A stretch of DNA of 64,000 nt from Oculina patagonica. Its lineage: Eukaryota. Position 1 is the stretch's first letter. The number at the start of each line of letters is the position of its first letter. The stretch covers positions 3,162,001 to 3,226,000 of the forward strand of contig NC_135758.1 in the NCBI RefSeq assembly GCF_052425735.1. The letters run 5' to 3'. The position numbers and the translations under genes were made by a program. Positions 25,057 to 37,350 of this stretch are shown here, piece by piece. The notes under the pieces are model-generated. The model did no database searches. It was not told the DNA's origin and saw nothing but the letters and a program-made list of their open reading frames with translations.

Positions 25057-26856
25057 GTAGTATCATTTAGGTGTAGGGGTCTGTAGTAGCATACCACTCC
25101 CTATTAACAGTTATAATAGGCGCTTACTTAATGTTAAGAATACTTCATCTACTTTAAGCCAATTAGTCAGCGTCTATTACTTGGCGGCTTGTAGAACCTT
25201 TCATTTCTAATGTTGTGATGACATCTAAAATGGCTTAATATGAGTGATGTTGCTGCTACAATCTGTCCTTTTATTTTTGTTATCGACGCCCGCGGTGTAT
25301 ATCATTCAAAACGACTTATCAAGCGACAAACCGAACTGAGTATTCTTTGTTATATGCTTTAAATACGTCTATCCACCTTTCAGCCAAATAAAAAAACTTT
25401 GTGTCAACAAAAAAGTGCTCGTTGTGTAAGTTTTTGATGGGTGCAATTTTGTCGGCGTCTCTGACTTGGTGCATCTCAATTGCTGAATCAATCTGTATGA
25501 TTGCATAACAATCCCCGCCATGATTGATGCACGGACTCAGTTTTATATAGTCAAAGTCGGAACTAAGCAAAAGAGTTAGTGGCAAGCTAGTTTATATAGT
25601 TTGTCCATTCTTCCGGATATCTCGACGGGACAACTGCTTAAACTGACTCAAAACTGAGTAAAACTACGTTATTAAATTACATAAAACGTTCAGCAACTAG
25701 CTCGGTCGAATAAATTATCAGAGCAAAATATTGCGTGTCCCATTAGCGAAAGCAATTACTTCACTACTATTTTACGGTAAACAAATTCAGGAAACGCTCG
25801 TACTGGTGATAGATGTCGCTTTACAAACATGTATTATGCAAGAAAAACCTCTTTAGGACTTCACAAACATGAAAAGTAAATAAGTTAATTGAAAACTAAT
25901 ATTATTGTAAGTTGATTGTGCAACTGAGTGGAAAGGTAAGATAATGTTGAACTGAAGCTGACTACGTAAGCGTAAAGACGATTATGTGATCTTGCTTTAG
26001 CAATAGCTTCCAGATCTTTGTGAAATAATGAAGGCGCAGTCTCAGGTTGCGTGTGTAGGCTTAACTAATATGTGCAAGGCCTTTTTAATTAATTTTTCTT
26101 TTATTAAAATAACATTCCATAGAGTCTGCATGATTTCATCTTAAAATTGATTTCTGTTTTCTGCTTTCGTCTTCCGCCGGACTCCATATTTTTTCCTGGA
26201 AAATACGAACCTAAAGTGAATTTTAGGCTCGGATATTTTTCTTTCCTAGACTGGAGCAACAAGTACAACAAGAAAGAATTTTCGCCTCATTATGTAACAC
26301 CGGTCAAGTTGGCATTAAAGATACTGCGGAACTGGCGCGTCGGTGAATTCGAAGATTATAAAACAGTTGTCTTGGTTCCAGACTAATCTATTTTCATGTG
26401 TAAATCATCTTTTGTCTTCTCAATCCTATTTCGTTTTACAATTGATTTACCTAGAAAGACTGAAAGAATAATAATATGCGTGAGTCATTGACAGAGTGAA
26501 CTACGACTGCTCATACAGATGTATGCCTATCTGTCCCATTTAACGTATTTGCTGCTGCACGATTTTTTTATTCATAGTAATATACTATTTAATATTAGCA
26601 AGACGACAGTTTTCTCTTGTTTTGTAACACATCAAAGTCAATTCATCAAGATTTTACAAATGAACGATTATACCAGTCCGGTTTTACTTGATTCAAAGTG
26701 TCAATCATAATTTTTATTATTGTTTCTGGTCAGGCTTTACTGAGAATTTATTCACCGCCAAAGTAAAATCATTTGAGTGAGTCAGTGACAGAGTGAACTA
26801 CGACACCTCACAAAAATTGTTCCATTTTCGGGAAATATTAAGAAGAGCTAGATTTT

Positions 26857-26883
26857 ATGCTCAACATGTCTTTTTCAAAGCAA
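26857..26883 (+). CDS. Candidate alternative first coding exon MLNMSFSKQ (intronic)
   Basis: Perfect core at 26774-26804, then CAA|GTAAGT. An extra core without an intact exon lies at 26481-26510. Confidence 0.55.
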
Positions 26884-29597
26884 GTAAGTAAACATACTGA
26901 GCTTTTACTTTCAAAGCTAAGTAAGGGGTGCCATTTTTTTTAAGTCACCAATGAATAAAAAGCATCATTTAATCGGTTTAGCTCCATGCTACTCCTCAAA
27001 TACGTCTTCTCCAAGTTAACAGAACTTCAGTGATCTTTTAACCCGATTAGTGAGCGTATAACACTTCACGGCTTATTCTGGAATGTTAGTGCGTTCATTT
27101 ATGATGGTCTAATATCTTTAAACCAGACATCGATTCGGTGGGTGACAAACAGCTCCAAGTATCCAATTATTCGAGTCCACGCGACGACATTTACCATCTA
27201 AAAGATCGAAGCAAACTTCCTAAAGGCAGGTATGCTGAACAATCTCTTTGAAACTTCAATGCAGTGATTCCAATAAGGTTTTATTTTAAGCAATGTATAC
27301 CGTGGTTTTATTTTTATATAGCTGTCGCATCTGAACACATCAGACACTGACACATCAAAAGTCTCTTCCTATAAAAACATAAAAAGTGCATAGATTTATC
27401 AAACGCTTTACCGACGCGTATCGTGAGCTGTGCTATTTTGTTAACGTCTCTTACTGATGATGTATTTTTCTGAATCAAAAAGTAGCTGAGTCTTTCCTTA
27501 GCTTAAAACTCATTATTGAAAATTTGCCATATTGTTAAATTATCCAACTGAAAATAAAAATATTAGGTTCTCTTCGAATTCTCAAAAGGTCTTGAGATGA
27601 ACATCGCTGAATTTTCTTTGAAAAGTCCTTATGAAAAGATATGAGGTCTTTAAATGGACCATGTACGATGCTCAGGACCTTGAAGCCACTATCAAGCGAA
27701 GTTCAAAATTGATAGACCGTCCAAGAAAGAATTTTTAAATATTTTTCATTACTAAAATTTGTGACTGCGTGGCGTTCGCCTGGTTAGAACAACAGCTCCT
27801 CCTGCCTTTTGGTTCTAAGAGAAGGTTCCAAGAAGCTCTCACTTAATCGAATTTAGTTCAATTGAAATTCTAGGCTTATGGTATCTTTTGCCACTTTTCG
27901 TAAGTTTAAGAATTTAAAGGGTTGATTTAAATCCATCCTATATCTGCATGAGACTTTTGGTTTATCTTTACAAATTGTTGCGCAGTATTTTGACCTGCAT
28001 GCGAAGCACGTTATGGTGACATGCTGATTGTACTAACTATAAAAAATAAACTGACCTCTCATTGAATGAATCTTTAGTAAAAAGCAAACTATTTCTTTGT
28101 ATTGCTATTAATCAGATGTGAGCTCAAAATAACGTCTAATTCCGTGATTTTTAAATCAGCTAAAATGGTATAAGTCTTCAAACGTCGAATACGCTCGCCC
28201 AAATTTACGATTTTAGGTATTCTCATGCTTTGTTTGTTCATTCGTTCAAGCCTGTATTTCCCAAGCGGTAAAATGGTTTCGTGTAACCACGTCTGCTATT
28301 CTTTATAAAATAGAAGAAGACTCTGAGATACGGCTGAAATTAAATTGGCTATGGAGGGGCTTTAGTCAAGAAACAAAGCTCGCAGAATCAAAACCTTTCT
28401 CGAGATCGATAGTGAGCATGAAGCCAGGGGCGTTGTTAAAATAAATAAAAAATAATGATGAAGATAATAAAGAAAACTTTAATAAAGCTCTTATATGGTC
28501 GAGTGGTCCGTTTTTATCGATGGAATAATTTCAATTGTATCCACATCATCTTGGATATCATCGCTAATCCGCAGTCAATAATCTAATCGACGCTGGATTA
28601 TTGCCTTTCTTTTGTTTCCATGTAAACCATTTCATAATTTATTGCATGGGTTTTATGTCCGACATTATACATGGAAAGTTTAATCCAAAAATAACATTAA
28701 AGACAAAAGTCCCCACTTTTTTTGGTCAAAAAAAAAAAAATCTACAGAGCTCATAAATAAAATATATTTTCCATAAAAATTTTGGATACATATGTGCAGT
28801 ATTTTTTTTTTTTACCGTTCAACTGCGGTTCTGAAAACATTGCTAAGTATTTGTTTTGACCAGTGGAAAAAGTGCACTGGAGTACTCTGTAACTTATTTG
28901 GTTGATTTCACACATTATTCAACTATTAATATCGCAGGAATCTCGTAATAATATCCCAGGCAATAACTAATATATTGAGCGAAGTAGATATCGAAGAAAA
29001 AGCAAGCAAAGAAAAATGATAAGGCTACCACGAAATAAGGTCATGGAATAGAACGCCTGATCGCGCGCGTGCAATATGCTGGTCACGTTTTTAGGTTTGT
29101 TATATAATCAATGAGAGATACTACTACTAGGAGATTACAACGAGTTACTACGATCACTGATGAATCGGATGACCCCAACTTCTCATACTGCATTTGATCG
29201 GTTTTTCGACCAGATACTTTTCCATCTCAACAACAAAAATTGAATATTTTTAAGGCATGAATATTCCCTTTCTCAAACAGACACAACAACAGATTTGCAC
29301 CATATTACGTAACACATCAAGTATGGCAATGTATCAAAAAGGTTGCTAAAATTAGATAGTACCTGAGGTAACGCAACGGCGAGTTTAAAATGAAAGACCA
29401 ATTGTGTCCATTCCGGAATATCTTGTTTTCATATGCCAATCATCGGTTGTTTTCCTGATTTTATTTAGCTGTTAAGTATTCATTCCACCGTGAAATACAA
29501 TCATTCGAGCGAGTCAGTGACAGAGTGAACTACTTCAGCTCAAATAGATTGTTCCATTTTCAAGTAACGGTCGATTTAAAACGATTTTCTGATCAGC

Positions 29598-29615
29598 ATG
29601 GCGCTTTCAAAGCAG
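29598..29615 (+). CDS. Candidate alternative first coding exon MALSKQ (intronic)
   Basis: Core at 29507-29533, then CAGC ATG GCG CTT TCA AAG CAG|GTAAGT. Confidence 0.55.
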
Positions 29616-32600
29616 GTAAGTGAATATCTGCAGCTGAAATTTCTACTAAACTGCCTTGATAAGTTTATAAGACCAAATAAATTTAGTCATTTATTCAGTT
29701 AAACCTGGAACTGAGCGTTAAACACTGCTCAAGACGGTTTCTTAAGGAAAAGTTGCGCTTTTAAATTATGGTGGTTTGATATATCTTATAAGCCAGACAT
29801 CTGCGGGTAGCTAACAGTTTGTGCGATTCTGGGGTTCTTAGGGACGGAATTCGAATCAATCAAAAATAGCAAATTGAAGCTGCCTTTCAAAGAGGGCATG
29901 CTAAGCGCATGCAAGCTCAGGTTTGCAAGATTTGCGCGGTAAGCTTTTATGTCTAGTCGTTTTATGTTTAGCCTTTACCAACGCGTATAATATGAGCCGT
30001 ACTATACGAAGGGAGAGCAATTTTGTTAATGTCCTCGCGCTTTCTTCTGGGAATCCTTTTCCCACGCGGTAAAATGACCTCATGTAGCCACAGCTATTCT
30101 ATTTAAAATAGAAGAAAACTACTTGATAAAGTTAGTTCAAAGGATTTAAATCATAAAGCAAGTTAAGAGAAATAAAGATCTTATCCCTTAGTGATAGTAA
30201 CCGAGGAATATTTTCCAAGGGCTGTCGGTTTCTCCTTGGTGGCGTTTCAGACACATAATTCTTCGTAGTTAGAAGGCGATTATGGATGAGGCATTAAAAG
30301 GCCTCCGTTCTTCTATTTACTTCAGGCGTTCCTTCTGATTTTTCTTTACATCTCCTAACAAAGTTAAAAACCAATGAATTCATTTCTCACATATGACATA
30401 TCTGTAAAAGCCGTGAGCCGTACTGAAGGAATTGCAATTTTGTTAACATCTTTGGCACGGTACGTTTTCTGAAAGAGGCATGAGTGGCACGAGCATTGTA
30501 GACGATTCCTTACCGCGTATGACTTGGTTAGCTCAGCAGGATTGGGTTCTTGAAATTCCCAGATACTTTGAAGACCTTGAAAATGAGAAAATGTATTTTC
30601 CCATAAAAAAATTACTGGGTTTTATCAGCATTTCAGAGTCATTAGTCTTTGAATTTTATTAAGATGCCCTTCGATGCTGAAGACTACTTGAAAGAAAAGC
30701 CGATTTTGATAATATCGTATTAAGATTGTTATTTATTGTATGAAGTGATTGAGGTGTACCTAAATAATCGTAACTCGATAAAGGGTTGTGTATTTTGTGT
30801 CCACCCGGCCCGTGCTTGAATAGCTTCAGTTGTCTTAAAATGCAACGAGGTTGTAAAGTTGTCACTAAGCCTGGATAGTAAGTTAGTAAAAAGTTTATTT
30901 CCGTACATATCTATATATTTAACCCGTGTGGGCTAACTGGGGACACTTATTAACCCACACAGAAAACTGTTCCAAAAGTTATTCAAGTATGACTGCATAG
31001 CCTAAAGTGCAAACAAGCTGGCTTGAATTTAAATGCTCAAAATGACAAAACTGACTCCTCAAGTATCAAAATAGACTAACCCACAAGTCGAGCTCACAAA
31101 GTAATCCGGGGTCTATAAAATTAGGTACAGTGCTTCGCTTCTATACAGTGATAGAATTTTACTGTCTGGCGCCATTTATCTGACATTCACACGACCTCGA
31201 TTCTACAAATTATTACTTTTGAACTTCATCTGGTTATCCGACACTGATACGTGCAAAGTCTGTACACGAACGTGTCAATAGTTAGGGTCATTTTTAACGA
31301 CTAAAGATGCAATCGTCCAGAAAACACGCCAATTTGTGTGTGTACAACATGAGAAAGTTCTAATAGGTGCATAATATACATATAATTATATTTTTTAAGA
31401 AAACTGTGACGCATTCCGGCGACACATGTTATTTTTAGAAAGCCCAAGCAATAACCCTTTGGAGCCCAAATTATTTTTTTGTGAAATTCTTCAATTTTGG
31501 ATGAGTCTTATAAAAGTTGCTCTATCTTCAGTTACATCTGTCATATTAAAGCCAAATTTGGATATGTGACAGACAAGACATAGGGCTATCTGTCAATCAA
31601 TATATTTATTAATAAGTTACTTATAAATGATGTCTAACATGTGGTTGAGCATTAAGTTAGTGTAACGCAACATGTTGACTTCAATGCTTTTCACTGTCCT
31701 ACACTCTTGATTTAGCCATGAAAATTACTGCACATGTCTAGATTGATAGGCAATTTATTGAATATTATTTTGATATCACATTTGCTACCTTTGACTCTTT
31801 CAAAGCTACATTAGGCCCCTAAAAACATAGTAGTTGAGTGTCACGCGAAATAACTATAGGTAACTTTTCATACGAAAATGTTTTTGCTGTTGCACTCTAT
31901 CGTGTCCTTTTCTCCCTAGAAACAAAAACAAATGTTTCGTAGCCTTCCTGGATCAGAAAAATCTTCATTGCACTCATAATCTTCAGTATTATTGTCATGA
32001 AGGTTTAGTTCCTCTTGTTCTTCAACAAAATTATCATTCTCGGAGGAATAACTTCATTATTTTCATCCTCGGTGTCACCTTGTAAGCCTTCGACATCACA
32101 ATTCAACCATCGTCGGGTAGGTCAACGCTTTCGTCGAGATAATCGTGAATATTCGTCCAAAAAAAACTTCCCCTACCTTCAAATATGTCGGGCTAAGTCA
32201 AGGAAAACTTGTTCTCTTCATAACAATCGAAAATTTCACCAAAATTCTGCAGAAACTCGCTAAAATACTAAAAACAGCACAAAATGGTGGATAATTTTAC
32301 TGCCAGGCGTTGCAATGCAGGGGGAGACTGGAAACTAAAGCGGGAGTCCGCTGAGCGAAATTGCGAGGTGTGCTTTGATGTCCGATATATCGGACACTGG
32401 GCCGCAAAGGGATAACTAGTAAGAAAATTAGATATCGACAAATAACAAACCAAAAAATATATATAGCGACATCAACCACCGTTGAAGAAAATGTAGACAA
32501 GCCATGCATGGATTCCCTCAAAGTAACTAAAATATTTTTTTCACTTTCCGACATAAGGCCCCAGATAAGAACTCCTGATAATGAGCATGCAAAAAAAAAA

Positions 32601-33164
32601 CGTGATGTGCCACGTTTTAGATTTCTTATATAACCAACGCGCAAAACAAATTAAATACATCAAAACAAATTAAACGCTTTTAGCAAGAGACAGCCGGAAA
32701 TGTGATTATATATCTCAGAACCCACGAGAAGGATCGAAAATGTAAATGGCTAGATGATGTTGAAAAGCTCGGGAAACTGCGGCGAAGTTGTTGTAGATGG
32801 AACTGAAGGACTAATCGTCGATGGCAGATGGAGGGACATAAAAGTCAATTGCTGCTGAACAAGTTTTCTGTTCCTTGGTAATAAATTAATTCGTCTAAGA
32901 AACACAGTAGTTTTCCCATATTACGTAACACAACAAGGTCAATTGATACATCAAGATTTTATGAATGGAGGATTATTCTAGTCCGGTTAAACTTGTTTTC
33001 AAGTGTCAATCATCCGTTTGTTTGATTGTTTCAAATAAGGCTTTAGAAGTTACTTACCGCCAAAGAAAAATCAGTTGAGTTAGTCAGTGACAGAGTGAAC
33101 TACGACAGCTCAATCAGATTGTTCCATTTTCAAGTAAACTGTTTGAAGAGATTTTTTACTCAAA

Positions 33165-33182
33165 ATGGCTTCTTCAAAGCAA
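33165..33182 (+). CDS. Candidate alternative first coding exon MASSKQ (closest to exon 3)
   Basis: Core at 33076-33106, then AAA ATG GCT TCT TCA AAG CAA|GTAAGT, phase 0 into 35205. Confidence 0.6.
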
Positions 33183-35204
33183 GTAAGTAATTATCAGTTT
33201 TACCCTTCAATGCTAAGTAAGGTGTGCCGTAATTTAAATCAACGGAGACTACAGAGAATCATCCAAAGGCACAGTTACATGCCACTCCCTAAAAATGTCT
33301 ACTCGAAGTTAAGAACACTTCATCCAAAGTTAAGAGCACTTGATCGATTTATTTCGTGAGCGTTCGACACTCGGCGGCTAATTAAGGAATGCAGTGGAAT
33401 GCAGTCAAAAGGATAAAACGGACTTTCTAAGACAACAAATTGAATAATACTTTCCAAATTTACTGTGTGGTGATATTTTGATAGAGCTGTGTTTAGCTAT
33501 TTAATAATTTTCACTTCTAATGTCACATTTAGCGTTAAAACGATTAAGCCAGATTAGTAGACGCTAAAGCAACGCGCATTGTACCAACAGAAAAGAGGAG
33601 CAATTTGTTAAGGGCTTTGACAGATTGTACTTAGTGTATTTCGCCGAGTCAAAAAGTGACTGAGTGTTAAAAGTTATAATTCTCGCTTTGTAAGATTCAA
33701 GTTGGAGATTGCGTATATCTGCCTCCTATCACAGGTAGCCCAAGCTCCTAAAGGAGCCGTCAACATATAGACCACATATGACATTGCGTAATAACGTTAT
33801 TATAAGGGTTTGTATGGGAATTTACCGATCGTAAAAAATAATTCAAAATAGAGGGAAAATATCCAATAAAATTCACTTACCTATCCTCTTCTATGCATAT
33901 GTTGTGTTTCTATGCCGTTTGGAGGCGATTTGAAGCCATTTCAGTAGGTTTTAGGTTCGCTGGTTTCCTCTCTATATATAATTATATAATGAAATGATTG
34001 ATCGGTTCTCCCTTTTCATTAAAATAAACGTTCACATAATTTGCATTTTAAAAAATCGTTTCAAAAATGAGTTTTTTCCGCTATTAAAATTAGTACAACA
34101 AACATTGTTTGTCCTGTTATGTAATAATGTAAATCAAGAAGCTTCTAGTCGATATGCCCGTGACTCGACACGTGTTGGCAGACACCCAAGAAGTATAACG
34201 TTGGAAAGCGCCTAGGCACAAACGAGAGGACTAATTCCTATTTACAAATGGTTTGATTGCTGTTAGTTTAAATTGTGTTCATCTTTGGGTGTTAATAGAT
34301 TTTTTTTTTAATTGGACTTAAGGATTTGTCTCGTCTAAACTGACTTTAGATAGTCGCAACAAGAACGGCAACAGAGGAATCATCACATAATCAGTAATTT
34401 TTTTTGCAACCTACAAAGCCAACCATTAAGTTTTTGCCATCTTCTGTTAATTCAAAACGCTTGAACTGCTCTGAGCGACTGATTTTGGCTTATCGTTTAT
34501 TTTTCCCAATGATCAATTATCAAGATGCCTCGTCATGTTTGGTCAACGCGTCGGTGATTCGAAAATGAAAGAGCTATTGTGTCCAAGTCTGCTTGCATTG
34601 GTCAAGCATCAGTTGCTATCTCGGTCCGATCTGGCTACAGCATTTATTCACAGAAATGAAATTCCAATCAGTTTATAGTGAACAGAGTGCATTGCGACAC
34701 AGGGTCCCAAAGGAGATCTGAAGGAAAGAGGAAGGATGGAGTCTAGCAATTTGCTTTGAAACCTGGAGACTCGTTGTTTTTCTAAAATTATCATGCTACA
34801 GAGCGTTAAGCCCTGGAAACGTTTTCCCTGGAGCCCCAAGCCCTGATTTTTTAATGGGGCAACTGGATATAGATTGTGGTATCCAACCTTCTCAGTAAAA
34901 AGTTTATTGTACTGAAGACTGCGGACCAGAGCGTAGGCGAGCTTTTTCTCTCAAAATAGGCGAATCAGAGTAAGGCACAACTTTCTTCTTGCAATTAGAA
35001 ATTTTTTGTCACTGAATTTTTTGGTCAATACAATACAAGTTGCCTTTTCTGTCATAACTCTATTAGGCGCACCCAATTGGAATGCTAGTCCGTTACATGT
35101 TATCCCTCGCATTGTTTCTAGTTGCTTTAACAATTCATTAGTATTTCTTTTACACTCACCATACGCGTTGTAAGACTAAGTACTAAAAATGCTTTGTTCT
35201 CCAG

Positions 35205-35570
35205 TACCCAGCCTGTTTGTCCCTTGAGGAACTCAAGCGCCAATGTCCTGCCTTCGCGGACAAGGTTTGCCCATTTTCCAAGCTACCGGACGAAAAGAAA
35301 GGCGTGGCTGCCAAGTGTCCTGAATTCAAGAACGGTTGTCCGTTTAAAGGCTGCAAAACTGTTGGAGAGTTTGAAGACAAGCTGGGTCAAATGCGCGACC
35401 AGTGTAAGGGTGACGCTGCTTACGTGCAGTTTCTCCGAGATACCCACCACACTGCCAAAGTGAAGGAGGTTGACGATGGAATGGCTTGTCCTTTTTTCCA
35501 CACTAAGGGTGGCTGCCCCTTCGCCAAAGACACTAAAGGAAAGCCAATACTTTCTCCGGACTACATCGTG
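35205..35570 (+). CDS. Exon 3: Cys-Pro repeat domain 1 (YPACLSLEELKRQCPAF...SPDYIV, 122 aa, 6 CP motifs)
   Basis: TTTGTTCTCCAG| acceptor, GTG|GTATGT donor, 366 nt phase 0-0, GC-richer than flanks, clear paralogy to exon 4. Confidence 0.85.
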
Positions 35571-36012
35571 GTATGTTTACTGTTAAGAATCCTTCTTCGC
35601 GTGTACAACAATTCACTCGCAATTTAGACGGAAGAAATATCTTAATCAATTTCTCTCTTCATTTGAAAAGGCTACCATAAGAAATGTAATCTTTGAAAAA
35701 AATAACTGGTCGCAATTTATACACCACTACACGACAAAGTTTATTAAAGTATGTGGAAGCATTTTTAAATCTGGAATTTAAAGTTTATAGAGCTTTACGA
35801 CTGTGAAATCTGAGCACAAGGATAGAGGTTAATTCTCTGGTGGTTTGCCTAGCCTACACTTGAATTAATGCTTATTTTTAGTTTATTAAATGAAGGGAGT
35901 GTTTAGTTAATTGTAAACAAGGATATTAGAAACTTTTGCTAAACAATTAAATTACATTGACTCTGTTAATCTTGGGTTTTATTTTAAATATTTATATTTT
36001 ACTTTCTTCAAG

Positions 36013-36360
36013 ACCCCCTTGGAAGTCACCTTGAACGACGTGATGCACAAGTGTCCAGCTTTTGGCAAAGGTGTGTGCCCATACGCCCGCCTTGTTAACG
36101 ACTGCAAAGGTCTGGCTGCCAATTGCCCGGCTTTCAAGGGAGGCTGTCCATTCAAGAACTACAAGACCGTTGGCGAGTTCGTGGAGAAGATGGCACAGAT
36201 GCGAGATACCTGCAAGGGGAAAAAAGCCTACGAGCAGTTTTTCAAGAAGCTTCTTGAAGTCACCAAGAGTGAGCAGCAGAAGATGGGTGCATGTCCTTTC
36301 AATGCACATATCTGCCCTTTCAAGAATGATGCTCAAGGAAAGCCAATCATCCCCAAGTAA
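36013..36360 (+). CDS. Exon 4 (terminal): Cys-Pro repeat domain 2 (TPLEVTLNDVMHKCPAF...GKPIIPK*, 6 CP motifs)
   Basis: TTTCTTCAAG| acceptor in phase 0, TAA at 36358-36360, AATAAA at ~37142. Aligns with exon 3 (CPAF, CPF/Y, GCPFK, KTVGEF, QMRD.CKG, GKPI). Confidence 0.85.
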   Translation, partial: TPLEVTLNDVMHKCPAFGKGVCPYARLVNDCKGLAANCPAFKGGCPFKNYKTVGEFVEKMAQMRDTCKGKKAYEQFFKKLLEVTKSEQQKMGACPFNAHICPFKNDAQGKPIIPK

Positions 36361-36558
36361 GGTCGCAGGTCATGAAGAGCGGCTTCTTAACATGGATTTG
36401 ACGAGAACAACTAGCAAACTGGAATGACGATAATTTGGAGTATTGCTATTAGATTATATATCACGATTTTGTTACGTGTTTTTCGTAAGCTTGAAAGCGT
36501 TAAAATAGATCCTTTCACGGTTTTTGGGTGCGATCTTAATTAGGAGGCAAACACAGCT

Positions 36559-36926
36559 GAGAATACAATTGGATGTCTGGGATTCTGTCGACTTTGAACC
36601 CCTGGTGAATACGGCAAAATAACCGTAACTTGACAGCTTGACATATCCTTTCAAAATAGTTTAAATCCTGGCATTCAAACCCTTTTAACCGAATTTTGCA
36701 AATTAGTTTAAAAAATAAGAGACAGAACTTGATTTTTTTAACGAGAATACAATTGGATGTCTGGGATTTTGTCGACTTTGAACCCCTGGTGAATACGGCA
36801 AAATAACCGTAACTTGACAGCTTGACATATCCTTTCAAAATAGTTTAAATCATGGCATTCAAACCCTTTTAACCGAATTTTGCAAATTAGTTTAAAAAAT
36901 AAGAGACAGAACTTGATTTTTTTAAC
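36559..36926. repeat. 2 x 184-bp tandem duplication in predicted 3' UTR
   Basis: 36559-36742 and 36743-36926 are near-identical. Confidence 0.85.
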
Positions 36927-37292
36927 GTTATATTAGACGTTTGTTATCATATGATTTTAGGTCAAGTGAATTTTACAGCTCTAGACAAAGGAGTTTCAAA
37001 GGCGCATATTCGACGAAAGTAACTGGCACATATCATTGTAATTTTTGCTGAGTTTTTAACGTAGTTTTGATGGTTCTTAAAAACATGGAAGTTTTGCTTT
37101 TTTCAGCTTCTATAGTTTAGATTGTACTGTGTAGCTTTTGCAATAAACTCCATTTAAATGTTTTTAATGAGCGTACCGTATCTGCAGATTTATTACGATA
37201 TTAATTTATTTGTCGTGCAGTTAGCACTGAGTTGGCTAACAAGTGGGCAATCTGACCATTTGCATGTTTGGTACTCCGCCGCCGCCGCCGCA

Positions 37293-37350
37293 GACCGACC
37301 GACCGACCGACCGACCGACCGACCGACCGACCGACCGACCGACCGACTGA
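37293..37350. repeat. (GACC)n microsatellite
   Basis: Seen directly. Confidence 0.9.

Noticed and set aside
29598-29615. MALSKQ/MSLSKQ resembles N-termini I recall from some coral GFP-like proteins
   Set aside because: Six residues is too little evidence and no GFP-like exon is visible in the window. Should be re-checked by TBLASTN on the flanking scaffold.
36355-36362. AA|GTAAGG donor overlapping the stop codon of exon 4
   Set aside because: It would be phase 2, while all downstream CP exons are phase 0. The domain is also complete at GKPIIPK.
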